A stretch of 64,000 nucleotides of DNA from assembly GCA_039096225.1 (NCBI GenBank), contig JBBPEB010000004.1, positions 558,001 to 622,000 of the forward strand. The letters run 5' to 3'. The position numbers and the translations under genes are program-made. The stretch is from Blastocystis sp. Blastoise (taxonomy: Eukaryota; Protista; Bigyra: Opalinata). This document shows, piece by piece, positions 21,401 to 35,700 of the stretch (positions are counted from its first letter, which is position 1; the number at the start of each line of letters is the position of its first letter). Below the pieces are notes generated by a model. It did not search any database, had not been told where the DNA came from, and was given only the letters and a program-made list of their open reading frames with translations.

Positions 21401-24400
21401 CTTTTATAAAAGAAAAAAAGAATTATTTTTAAAAATTATCTATTCATTTTTTATAATGTTTTCAAAATCATTTCATTAAATGAAACGAAAAACTAAATAT
21501 AAACCAAAAATTACATTCTATATCATAAATAGATTTAGTACTTTAAAAACTGTAACTATCATACATAAAATATAGTTTATAAAACAAATGAGTTATTTTA
21601 AAAAAACTCTAAAAGACTTTAACGTTTTGAAATACACATATCCACTTTTATTTTAACTAATTTTATGCTAATATACATATATATTTAATTTATTATTTTA
21701 ATTTATAAAAAGTAACTTGAATTTCATTTGTTTAAAGTCACAATTACAAAAAAATGAGTTCTTTTGAAAGATAAAAAACATTCTTTAAACAATAATATTT
21801 TTGTATTTAGTGACAAAAAAACGTATTATACTGTTTTAGAAACAATTAAAATCTTTTTACCCATTCTAACATTCCTATCAAACAGTCAACTACATTTAAT
21901 TAAACTAATTTTTAATATTTTATATTCTATAATAAGTCTATTTATTATTTTTATAAAAAGTGACTTGAATCTCTTGACTTAACTATTGTAATTCTAAAGA
22001 ATCAAATTTTTAAACAACTTAAAATGTTTATTTATTGTAGATTTTAATATAAAATACTCCAAAAACACTCAATACTTTCTTATTCTAACCATTTTTTTAA
22101 AATAGACTCATTTTAACATTTTGGTCAAACACACAACCACCTTTATTTCAAACAATTCTTTTATTATTATAAACATTAAACACTCTAATACTCATTTTTA
22201 CAAAAAGTGACTTGAATCTCTTCACTTAAGACAGTCAAACAGACAATTCAAAATTATTTTACCCTTTAAACTCATTATAAAGTGATAATATTTATAGAAT
22301 TGTCCTAATATGTGGTTTAGGACATATTGAACTACTTTTTATAAAATTATGAGCCAACATGTGCATATATCATTCACTCGTCAACTCCACTTTTGACCAT
22401 TTTTTTGAGATATGCAATACATATAATGTCTAGTTTTCAAATATGTAAAAATTAATTGTCAAATATGAATTTGATTTGTCAACTTTCAGAAAATTTTTAG
22501 AAAAACGATTTTTCAATTTTCAGTTTTTTAACATGTTATACTATTGACTCTACTGAACTCATTTTTTTATTAATTTCAAATATTAAAAATAATATAATTA
22601 ATATATCTTATTCTATGTATTTATTTGTTAAAATTATATAAAATAATAAAATATTGACTGAGAAATTAATGTTATAAAGTATACCCTTTTTTCAAAAAAT
22701 AATTTTTTTATGTTTTTCATATATAATTTTTTATCTCAAAAGTTATTATATATTTTGATAAGATTTTTATCAATATATAAACTATAGGTTGTCTAGTTTA
22801 TATATAAGTTTTATTTATTTTTTAAAAATTAATATTGATGGAGAAATTGTCAAAATAAACTATAGTATCAAAAATGTTTTCTTTTTTTAAACGATTTATT
22901 TCACTAATTAAAGACAATTAAAAACTTATTTATTTATTTTAAGCTTATTTATGACATATACAACTCATAAAGACTCATAACTAACTTTTTAAAACAAACA
23001 TTGTCTGTATCAGTTCAACATGTTGTCTTAACTTTTTCAAATAAGTGATATATAGTATCCATGAGTGGTTCTAAACACATATTAAAACGTTTTAAGAGTT
23101 TATTGAGTTAACATTGTCTGGTGATCTGTTGTTAAAGTCTTTTAAAAACAAAATAAAATTGTAAAATATGTTTATTTTGGTATGTAGTTTTTAAATATAA
23201 AGTAAAATGTCAAATAAAATTGTTAATGATGAAAATATAAACAAAAAACAAATGAAAACTTTTTAAGAAAATTTTTTGAAAGTCATTTTTTATTGAGTTC
23301 AACTATTGACTCTTGTCACCTGAGTTTTCAATTAATTAAAAAAATGAAAAATATGTATCTGCTATGACATGTCTAGTTTCTAAATATGTTTTAACTTTTT
23401 TATTTTATTAAGAATTGATTGAGAAATCACAATAACAAACTATACCCTTTTTTGAAAATTTTCATTTTTATGTTTTTCATATAAATGAATGTTTCTCAGT
23501 CAATATTCAATATTTAGATAAAATAAAAAATATGTATCTGCAATAGCTTATCTTAATTATAATTATACTTTTATTTTTAAAAAATACCCAAAACTCAAGG
23601 AGAAAGACGAATAACAAACTATACTATCAAAACATCAAAATTTCTATTATCAAATATTTTCTTATGAAAACTTTTTAAACAACTAAAAGACATATTTCTG
23701 ACATGTATTGATTCAAAATCACTTGAATAAACTCAAATAAGTTTATAAAGAAGGAATGTGTTGGATATCAGTTTGTCTTTTGTTGTTATTTAAAGGAATT
23801 ATTGTTGTTTCAGAGTAGTTGAGGTCAGTATCATTGCATATAAAATGGTTTTAGAGTTTATAGTTAGTGATGTGTGTATTGATATGTTGTCAACTTCTAA
23901 ATATAAACAAATTTACCCGTCAAAACTATTTATTAGACTAACCCGTCAATAAAAGTCAATTTTATAAAAATAAATATAAAGAATGTGAGTAGATATAGAA
24001 AAAATAAGAAAACAATAAAAAATAAAAAACGAAAAATAAGTGTTTTTATAAAAATGAAAAATATTGGATAAAATAGAAATAATCCAATAATTTTGGTTAA
24101 AATTTTGTGCGAAAATGGTTTTTTGCGTTTTTTAGCCAGAAATTTAGAGTTTTCGAAAAATTTCTTTAACAGTCATTTTCAGAATTGTGTTCCGGTTTTT
24201 ATGATGTTATTTTTATTTTATAAAAGTTAATAACAAAGTCAATAAATGTGAAAGTGTGTGAGACACCGTACGCTACATGAACTAAATTAAGGATATTAAT
24301 ATATTTATAAAGCTTGTTTTTATCTTGGTACTGGATATGTTTCAGGAAAAATCAGTTCAATTTGTAAAACAACTGAAGTTGTTTATTATGATAAGTGGTA

Positions 24401-24422
24401 TAGGTATGTTTATATATATATA

Positions 24423-24501
<79 letters not shown>

Positions 24502-25100
24502 CTTATATAGTAAAAAGATCAATTTGACAGTAACTCGTCCGCCAGTGGACTCCACAAAATTAAATGATGTAATTCGAATTGTTGAGTATACTTATATACT
24601 TATTATAAATAATATATATATATATATATATATATAGTGTATATGATAAGAAGATGAAAGGTGAATGTAACCGTTATCATTTTTATTTCGATCGTTTAAA
24701 GGAGTTAGATAAAGTTTATGACGCGATCTTTATCGAAGGCGGATGCAGACTTCATGCATTTAATAAAATATCCATATATATATATATATATTAAACTGTT
24801 ATTATGTTTATTATATTGTATAACCTTAATGAATTTACATTATTCCCTATTTGAATGATAATTCATTAGTTATTTTCCGCGGTTATAATATCAAACGATA
24901 TGATTATAATGATATTATTAATGAAGCATTTGAATTATTATATGAGTATATATATAACAGATATATTCATTTATATATTTATATTATTACAAATATATAG
25001 ATTACCACCTTTGAGAACTAGACATACGTTGAACTTTGAGGGGATTCGTATTTACCGTCACGTGCCTGGGAAGAATATTACGACATCTCTTCCTTTATAA
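17928..25100 (+). CDS. Type II membrane protein: glycosyltransferase-like domain plus C-terminal class I SAM methyltransferase-like domain; contains a 4.5-kb intron
   Basis: MKSPPYVSFIIIMITIVALQLFF anchor; YGTP..., YGFLNGDILL, ITGRR, QDYFIF, VVIGRNDYDNYLV. Splicing 19838-24312 gives DRELQFLQSHIPDTSSCFYLGTGY...VYYDKWY...YDAIFIEGGCR...IIPYLNDNSLVIFRGY. Confidence 0.72.
20300..20778 (+). repeat. (TTTCTA)n hexamer satellite with TTTAGA variants
   Basis: About 80 tandem units; source of the poly-FL pseudo-ORF. Confidence 0.95.
21500..23930. repeat. Diverged long tandem repeats (~248-bp and ~760-bp periods); boundaries approximate
   Basis: AAGT(A/G)ACTTGAAT at ~21710, 21958 and 22206. TATACCCTTTTTT at ~22680 and 23441. 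CTATTGACTCT at ~22541 and 23303. Confidence 0.75.
24768..24838 (+). other. U12-type AT-AC intron
   Basis: 5' ATATCCAT, branch AACCTTAAT, 3' TAC. Removing the 71 nt restores the frame AFNK|IIPYL. Confidence 0.82.
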
Positions 25101-26466
25101 AGCATATATATTATAATTATCTATTATTCTATACTATATATATATATATATATAATTGACAATATTTTTCTTATTTCTATCAGATATATAAATATATTTC
25201 TATATATATAAATTCAATTTAATCCTTATTTATTATCCATTTTACTATATTTGCTGTATGTTTTATATGTGTTCTTTTCTTAAATAGTTTATATATTTAT
25301 TATATTACTATTCATTTATTATTCATTTATATATATATATATATATATTGTTTCTTTTTATTTCCCTTGTGTATGTCTTTATATTACATACAGATATATT
25401 ATTATTTCAATTGATGATTATTAATTATATTTATATACATTTCTTCAATATTATATTCATTCAAGTAGATAATGATAATAAAATCATCATTTTTTTAATT
25501 TTAAATGCTTAAAAAAATAAATTCAATTTTTTTCTTTCTTTATTTTCTTGCATTTTTTTTCACATATTTCATATGAACATGAATTAGCAATATTTACATA
25601 TATATTGGATACCATTACTAGATTCATTGTTTTCTTCTTTTTTTTCGTTATTTTATTATATATATATATATATCTAGATATTATTTTTCTATGTTTTATT
25701 TATATTTACATTTTTCAATAGTCAATATAACTACTTCATTATTCAATTTTATTTTACTTATTAATTCTAGTCATTTTATTATAATAACATTACACAAGCT
25801 CATTAGATATATATATTCACAATTTTGATATAATAAATATATATTATTGTAATTTATATAACATTATATTCATAGTTTTATTAATAACAAAAAATAACAT
25901 TTTTTTACATGGATGAATATTCTTTTTTAAAAATTTCCATACAAATCTTTATATAAAGAAATAATTGACTATTAATAGTAATATAAGGTAATATAATTAA
26001 TAAGATAATAATAGAATACCATAGAAATATATATATAATCTTTAAAAAAAAATTAAAGAAATAGTAATACAAACTGAAGAAACATAATTTCAAACAAATA
26101 AGTTAGATTTAAAAAAAAATAAAAAAAAGAAGTCGAGTTGATAGAAAATCCGAAGTCAGCTATTTAATTTATAAATACTTTTAAATATATCTTATATATA
26201 TATATAATGAAATATAACAAGAGTATTTATATAAAATAAATTTAGTAAAAACTAAATATACATATAAATAGCATAATAGTTTAAAAAGGACAAAAGAAAA
26301 AGAAAAAAAAGAAATAATAATTAAGAAAAGAAATAATTTATATATATATATGATAAATAGAAGTTTACGATGATAAAAATACAATATAAAACATAAAAAT
26401 AATATATATATAAAACTAATATCATAAGAAATAGTTGAAATAATACTGTATATACCTATATATATT

Positions 26467-29400
26467 TTACATATTCGCTAATTCTTTTTCTAAGTCATCT
26501 AAATCACCATCACTTATTTCACCTGAAATATCACTGAAAGTGTCTGAATTATTAGTATTATTATTAGTATTATTACTAATATTATTATTATTATTAGATA
26601 CGATATCTTCATCATTATTCATTTCTATATCATTTAAAACATCTTCTAAATTATCAGCTGTTATTTCATCTTCAACTTCAGTAGATATACTCTCATATAT
26701 ATTATTATTATCATTATTATTATTATGTGTAATAATATTTTGTTCTTTTTCTTTTTGACGTTCTTTCTCTTCTTCTATAATTTGATGAATATCCACGGTT
26801 ATTTCTGTTTTCTCTTCATCTTCTTTCTCATTTGTATTTACCATAATATTATCATCAAAATAATTATTAGTATTTTCTTCAATTTCTTGAGATTTCTCTT
26901 TATTATTATCATCAGAAACTGAATTAGATTTTAAATCTGTCTGAATCAAGCTTAACATACCTTGAATAGACATTCCTTCTTCACTATTTTTAAAAGTATT
27001 ATAATCTATATATTTATTTGCAGGTATAAAATTCTTATATAATATTAAAATATTTTTTTCTATTTGAGAAGCTTCTAATACTTGAGGGAAAAGATCCATA
27101 AAATCACGGGGATCTGCCAATAAACTACTAGCAGGATTTTTTCTTTTTAATAAATCTTTTTTCCATAAATCTACAATTTCGCTAATTCTAGACGGTATAT
27201 ATGTACGTGCAAAGAAAGCAGCTTCTGCATATCTTTGAGTATTTAATAATATAGATATACAATTATCTATATCACTTATAATATAACTAGCAATAAAAGA
27301 AATATTATAAAACTTAGTATCTTCTGATCGTTGAGATAATTTCTTAAGTCCTTCTTTATCTCCTAAAGAAGATAAAAGTAATAATAAAGCAGATAAATCA
27401 TGAGCACGAGTACTACATTCCTATATATATATATAATAATAATAATAATAATTTATATATATTATTTATTTCATTTGAAAAATATAGATTATATGTTATA
27501 ATAATAATATTGTTGATAATAATAAATATATTAATAATGTTATTAATAATATTGTTGATAATAATAAATATAATAATAATAATATATATATACAACAGCT
27601 AGATGCAGATTTCCTAATTCAATACAAACATCACTAAGTCTCTTCCATCGTTGATATATATATATCTTATCATTTAAAGAAGGCTCATGAAGAAGTAAAG
27701 AATAAGCTTCCTATAAATATATTATTATTATTATTATTACATATATTTATAATAATAATACTCTAATAATATATAATAATATATAATAATATATATACAT
27801 CAACTTTCTTTAATTCGATACAATATTCAAATTTCAATTCAGGATCTATAGCTAAATGTAAAGCTTCCTCAACATAACCGCGGTTATTTAAGAATTTAGC
27901 TAAAACATCATATTTTTCTTTTGATATTTGTGTTAATAAATAATTAGCATGTTCAATATTTTCTTCACATATATCTGTTTGATAATCCAAAACAGAAGAA
28001 TCAATAGTATAACTTGTTATATTATACTGTATAATAATAATATATATAATAATAATATATAGAATAATAATATATATAATAATAATAATATATATAATAA
28101 TAATAATATATATACATGATTATCTGTAAAATACACTTTCTTGTCTTTAGGTATATATTTAAGGAAATAGGAACGGTTACCCACATAACTAATTGTTTCA
28201 ATATAAGATCCAATCATATATTTTAATTTATTTTCTGAAACAAATAATAATGCATGATTATACCATTCTCCACGTTGTGCAGTTAAAGTATTTTCAGAAA
28301 TAACTTCAAATGCATTATATATACCTATTAAAATAATAATAATAAACATAATCATAAATATAATAATAATAATCATAATAAATATGTTAATAATAATAAT
28401 ATTATTATACCTGAAGTTTCTTCTTCTTGTGTATATTCATGATTATCAACAACTTCCTTTCTAAATGATAAAACATAGAGAGAATCACTAGTAAATATAG
28501 CTACTAATTCATTATCACTACTCCAACATATATACTATATAATAATATTATATTATATTATTTAAAACTTTATCAATATAAATATATATATATACATTAG
28601 CACTAACATCAATTTTACGTATAATTTTTCCTGTAGACCAAGAATAAAAGATAATAAATTGATTATAAATAACAGAAAGACAAGGACCTCCATATAGGTT
28701 TACTACACCTTCAGGAATAGTAATAGTATGAGAAGGATTGAAATTAGAAAATATATGTAATGTATTCTGAGTCTATATATATTATTATTATTATTATATA
28801 AATTTAAAAAAATAATATATAAAATAATATATAAAATAATATATGAAATAATATATAAAATAATATTATTTTATATATATATCTATATATATACCTCTAA
28901 GATAGCATAGCTACCATTATCAATACCCCAAGTAAAGAAAAGACATTTACCATATCCTTTATTACGTAACTGTCTACTTGTATATATATAATACTCATTT
29001 TCACCATAAACACTAATAAATCGACTATTTGGAGAATGAGAAATAATCATAGGAGTAATTTCACATCGACCCAACTATAGTTATATTATTATATAGTTAT
29101 ATTATTATATAGTTATATTATTATATAGTTATATTATACTTATTATTATAAGTATATTAATAATAATACATATATACATCTTTAGTATTAAGAGATATTA
29201 TTTCTCCGTTATGTTCTCTCTCAGATTCTCCCTCCATAATAGGGATTGCCGCCAAATTACTAATAAATATATCATTCTGAACAGACCAGACAATTTTCCC
29301 TTGGGAATCCATAGAAATAGTAGGTGTTTCAACACCAATTTGATAAATACTAAATCCATCATCAAAACCTAAAGCAATCTATATATATATATTATAATAT

Positions 29401-31018
29401 TATTATAATAATATATTATTATTATTATTATTAATATATATATATATATATATTAGCATACTTTACCTGAACCAGGATTGCCTGTAACAGACCAACCTCT
29501 GTTCATAACATTTGAAATAGTACTATCTAATTTATAGGTTTGAGTATTCCATAAAATAACTTTTTCATCTTCACCAACAGATATAATAAGAGGTAATCTT
29601 GGATGATAACATACACAAGTAACATTATCATTATGTCCTTCTAATGTATATACACAAGTTTTTGTCTGATAATCCCATATTTTAATTGTCTATATATATA
29701 TAATTACTTCAATTTTATACTAAATATGATTTAAAAATAATAACAATAATCAATATAAAAATATATAATTATTTAAAAATAGAATAGTATTATTATGTAT
29801 ATATATATACATGATCATCAGAACCACTGGCAATATAAGGTTTATCACTACCTGGATAATAATCAATACAATTTAAACCGCGGTTATGGCCAGTTAATGA
29901 ATAATTAGGAGTTGTTGAAGATATTGTCCAAATCTATAAATATTATAAATAGAATATATCATAAATAGGAATAGAGAAATAGATATATATATTATAATAA
30001 TAAAAATATCCTAATAAATAAAATATATAATAAATAGGAATAGAGAAATAGATATATATAATAATAATAATATAAGCATACTTTAATAGTTCTATCTAAA
30101 GAAGCAGTAGCAAATGAATTAGGATCTTTAGGGTTAAATTTTACACTCATAATAAAATAATTATGACCTTCATATGTCTATAGAATAATATAGATAATAA
30201 ATAGAATTAGAAAAAAAAGCAATAAAAAATAAAATAATAAATAGAATAATAAACATATATAAAAAGCAATAATAAATAGAATAATAAATATACATAAACA
30301 TATATAAAAAGCAATAATAAATAGAATAATAAACTATATAATAAACATATATAAACATATATAATAATATATATAATAATATATACCCTAACAAGATTGA
30401 AATTATGATCCCAGTCCCAAAGTTTAATAACCATATCATCAGAACATGTAATTATATAGGGTTTTGTTTCATGAACATCTAGAGCACGAATGAAATCTTG
30501 ATGAGCAATAAAACAAGCTACCTAGAAAATATTTAGAATGTTAAAAAAAATAATAATAAATAATAACATATTATATGTAAGTTGATTAGGTAATCATTAA
30601 AAAAAACTAAAATATATTTGCATAAAAAAAAACATATATATTTAAAAAAAAATAATGTACTTGATCTAATGTATTATAATTGTAAACTCTGATTTTCATA
30701 TCATCTGAACCAATAACAAACCATTGTTTTCTTGCAATAAATTTACAGCAACGAATAGGAACTGTTACTGGCTCAAAAAGGTTTCTTGTTTCATTTTTTT
30801 CATAATCATATATAATAACTTTACCGTTATAAAGTGATGCTAAAATCCATGGCTCATCAGGATGAAAATCCACGCATTTCACACGGTCTGTTTTAATAGA
30901 AGTGCATAACTAATAAAATAAAAATATGATCAATAAAAATAAATAGGATTCTACCTTAGTTTGAATGTTCTATAGAAATGGATATTTAAAAAAAAAGTAT
31001 TTTAAATGATCTTACCAT
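26467..31018 (-). CDS. COPB2: Coatomer subunit beta' (COPI)
   Basis: M|NIQTK|[102 protein letters not shown], acidic tail. Confidence 0.96.
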
Positions 31019-31337
31019 TATTGGATGTTCGTCGATAAAGTAATACTAGTCAACTAATATATACACAATGCAACAAATGTCTTCTATAAGAAAAAAGTCT
31101 TATCCGATTTTTTTTTATGCTTCATGCAGATTTATACGGATTAATTTTCCCAGGAAAATAATAATATTTTCAGAAATTTTTCTTATTTAATCACTTAAAA
31201 TATATTTTTTATTGTTTCAAGGTTTTCTTGAGGTCTAGTACTGTCTTTCTATATTTATTCAAACCACTCTTTTTAAATTTTTTATTTCATTCTATTTTCC
31301 CTTCTATTTATATTAAAATACTAGTTAGATCATCACC

Positions 31338-32120
31338 ATGGATCCTGAAGAGTATATATATTACATTCATCTATATCTAACTTTTAAAAACTCTATAGTG
31401 GACAAGATTTATTAGATTGTTGTAAGTTATTCTCTTTTTTGAATTATTTTTCATATCTACATGATAACATTAGATTATATGAATAATATCAATAGGTAGA
31501 TATAATGAATTAGAAGATTTAACGACATTACTTGAAGCTCATGTAGATCCTAACTTTTTAGGTCCTGATGGAAACACAGCACTTCACTATGCATGTGCTA
31601 ATGGTAACTTGTATATTGTTATTTATCATTTTATTTATAATATTTGGTGTTTATTCATTTATCATTTTAGAGAATGTGCTCAATTATTAAAGAGATATGG
31701 AGCTGTATTCACATATAATACATTCGGAAACTCTCCTTTACGTATATCTTATTTTTTATCATTGAAATGCTATTTTTTTCACTAAAGTTGTCATTTTTAT
31801 CTGTTGTCTTTGTAGATCGTGCTGTTCTTTTAAAGCAAGTTCCTATTGTTCAGTTCTTATTTGAAAATTATCCTGAAGCTAATGTGATGCAAGTATATAT
31901 TTATTATGATTTATTTCAGACGTCACCATTTCTTATCTCTTTTTTTTTCTAGAAAAATATCTATGGTAAAAGTCCTTTAGATATAGCATTCGGTACGAAC
32001 AATGAAGAGTTAATTAATCTCGTTCTCAGTCATCCATCTGCTGCTGGAATTGAAGATGAAATGAAGAAATGCGAAAAAGATATCCTTCTCGATGATAAGT
32101 CTCCACAAGAAGCTAATTAA
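31338..32120 (+). CDS. Small ankyrin-repeat protein (YAR1-like)
   Basis: Spliced: LLDCCRYNELEDL, GNTALHYACANGNLECAQLL, GNSPLH, GKSPLDIAF. Confidence 0.88.
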
Positions 32121-32773
32121 TCCTATTTGAAACAATGGATTACTTCATTTTTTATTCTATTTGGAATATAATTTTTTTAAATACTATTTTTCTATTTATT
32201 TTTCTCTTTTCCATAATTTATGTTATATATTTGTTAAAACAATATAAAAAATAATTCTTAGTTAATGAAGAGCTTAGAATATATTTTTATAATATTTAAG
32301 AATTACTTATTTAGATTTATAAGGCGAATTAAGATTAGTTTATTAAGAAAATTAATTTTAAAAAATCAAAATGTTGCTCAAAGGAAATGCATTTGTAACA
32401 ACAATAAATTGACAACAATTAACCATAGAGGCTTGTTATACGCAAAATAGCTGTTGATAAAAGAAAAATTGATGAACTAGAAATTTTAGTGTTTCTTCAA
32501 TAACCGCGGTGTTTCTATCACTTCAGGTTCTAGAATATTTTCTTATATGTTATTGATTGGTTTTTTATTTGAGGTTTTTCTTTTTTATGAGAATTTATTG
32601 GTTTAATTATTCTTCTGAATGTTCTTTTCTTAAAGAAATGTAACATTAGTGGATTTCGTTTTACCCCTTGGAATTCTTGAGACAACTTGAGTATTCTAAA
32701 CAAGAAACTCTCTTATTAATTGTCTTTTTTACATAATCATCAACCATATTATTCATATTGGTACTTTTTTGTG

Positions 32774-35700
32774 ATGAGGAATTCTAGTTATATCTTAACA
32801 ATCAGTTTATTAATCATTAATGGTATTTTATTTCTATTTATTAGTAATAATGTGTAGTTTTGGCAACATGTAATTCATCTGAATATGAATTTAATATCTA
32901 CAAGACATATAAGTCAAATCCAGAAAACGATGAATTTCTTATTTTTGATGGTGCTCCTATTACTGAAGATTCAGTACTTATTTTCAGCTATACTGGGACT
33001 GAACAAGAAATGAATCAAGAATCTACTTATATAACATGCTTACAATTCAATCATCAATATTCTTTATTTCTTAATTCAACGTATTTTATTATTTTATTAT
33101 TATTATTTTATTATTTTATTATTTTATTATTTTATTATTTTATTATATATATAATTATTTTATTATTTTATTATTTCATTATATATATAATTATTTTATT
33201 ATTTTATTATATATATAATTATTTTATTATTTTATTATTTAAATAATATATATCTACTCTAGTACTTCAACAAGTTGGGAACATGGCGCAGAAATAAAGA
33301 TTTATTATTTAAATCATTTAATATTAAAAGATATTAATGATGATATTGATTCATTTTCTAAAGAAATCTCATTTATTCGTATTTATATTATTTTTTTTTA
33401 TCAAAATAATAATTTATTATATTTATATTATTCAACGAATTATTATTACCTCTTAATTCTTCTTCTTTAGCTCTCTTTCCTATTAATCCAGATACTTCTC
33501 TATATTATTCCGATATCTGTCAAGAATCATCAGATTGGTATAAAACTACTTCTCCTACTCTATGGTCAAATTATACTATACAAACATTACCTTCATCTTC
33601 TTCTTTCTCGGATATCTCTATTACTCAATATTATTATATACCTTTTCTATATGATGATTCTTACATAGATTTTTCTTCTATTTATATATCTATATCTACT
33701 TATGCAGGTGCTATTGTCTATTTAAATGAACAACAAGTTTATTCTATTCATATGAATTCTGAAGATCTATATACATGTAATTCAACAGCTACTACAGAAT
33801 CTTCTAATTATATATCCTATTCATTCTCTATTCCTGCTATATATAATTACCTTAAAAATGGTGAAAATATACTTGCGATTGAGATTCATAAATATACTAC
33901 AATCCCCACGGATATAAAGCCTTTCTTTCTTCTTTCCTATCTTCCAAATCATGAAAATATGATTAAAGAAGGTATTCCTTCATCTGATATAGATACTTCT
34001 TCTTTATATCCTCTTTCTAATTTATTTGATCAAGATATTACTACAAAAACACTTAGTGGACCACGTTGTATTGGAGCAACTTATCAATATACATATAATA
34101 CTAAATATATAATTAATCATTATTCATTAGTTTCTGCTAATTCCTGTAATCAAAGACATCCTTCAGGATGGACTTTTGAAGCTAGTAATGATAATGGAAA
34201 TACATGGACTCTTTTAGATTATCAAAATAATCAATTATTCACATTATATCAACAAAAGAAAGAATATTTCTTTTATAATACTAAAGAATATAATCAATAT
34301 CGACTTGTAGTTAATGAATGTAATAATATACCATTAGATGAAATGGATTGTGGCATAGGAAATAATCAATTAGCAGAATTAACGTTTTATCTTTCAAATA
34401 TTCCTATTTCTTGTAATTCTCAAAATAATTATACTAATGCTTCTGATAATAGTTATGGCTATAAATCATGTCCTTTAGGTTATTCAGGTATATTAAGACG
34501 TTATTGTCAACAAGGTCAATTTCAAGAAGAAGAAAACTTATGTATATTAGAAAGTCCAGTTTCATTTTCTTATTCTACAAATATACTTATATTTTATCGT
34601 TATCAATCGAATACATTTATTCCTAATGTAATGGGTGCAGAATTAACATATTCTATTACTCCTTCTTTACCTCAAGGTCTTTCTCTTAATCCGAATACAG
34701 GAATACTATCAGGTACTTCTTCTACTCTACTTTCTCTTACTTTATATTATTTAACTATATCAAATTCTAAAGGTTCTATCAATTATATCTTTACATTACA
34801 AGTAAAAGATAATATATGTGAATCTATGGGTGAATGGCCAGCTATAGAAACTGAATCTCAAGCTGAACTTCCTTGTACAGATCCCTCTTTATATGAGGGA
34901 CAACGTAAACGTCTTTGTTATAATGGAAATCCACCTTATTGGGGAGATATTATTGATGAATGTTTATTATTATTACCTACTATACTATTCCCTATAGATC
35001 ATTATATATTTTATATAAATATTTCTATTCCTGAAATTACAGCTACTCTATCTAGAGGAGAAAATACAACATTATCAATTACTCCTTCTCTTCCTGATGG
35101 ATTATCTTTTGATACAAATACAGGATTATTATATGGTGTTCCTACTACTATTCATAATATACAACCATATATATTTACTTTAACAAATCCAAGAGGTAAT
35201 TCTACATTTATATTATCTATTACTATTCAACAAGGTAAATGTATATCAACAGATATATGGCCTGAAACTTATGCAGGTTTATCTGTTACTATTCCTTGTT
35301 CTAATTCTGAGATATATCAAGGAAGCAGAACACGTGATTGTATTCCTGGAAATCCTCCTTATTGGGGAGATTCCTATAGTGATACATGCGCTTTGATTCC
35401 ACCTGTATTAATATATGATAATACTACTATAATAGGATATATTGATGATTCTTTAACTATTACTCCTTTAGAAGTGAGTGGAGGAGATTTACAAGATATG
35501 ACTATTACTCCTGAATTACCGCGGGGATTAACTTTTGATGTACATACAGGAATTATAACAGGTACTCCTGTTAATAAAGCTCATAATATATATACAATTT
35601 CTTTAAGTAATTCAGATTCAAGTATTTCAATTTTGCTTACAATTACTATTGAACAAGTATATTGTGAATCAATAGATTATTGGCCAAGAACAGAACGTAA

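Larger units (their letters stand above)
19886..24293 (-). mobile_element. Putative non-autonomous Helitron-like element (4408 bp) inside an intron
   Basis: On the minus strand it begins A|TC and ends with GC-rich hairpin GGCTGGC-GTA-GCCAGTC, 8 nt, then CTTG|T. No TSD, no credible ORF, internal satellites. Removal leaves a typical ~67-nt intron. Confidence 0.7.
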
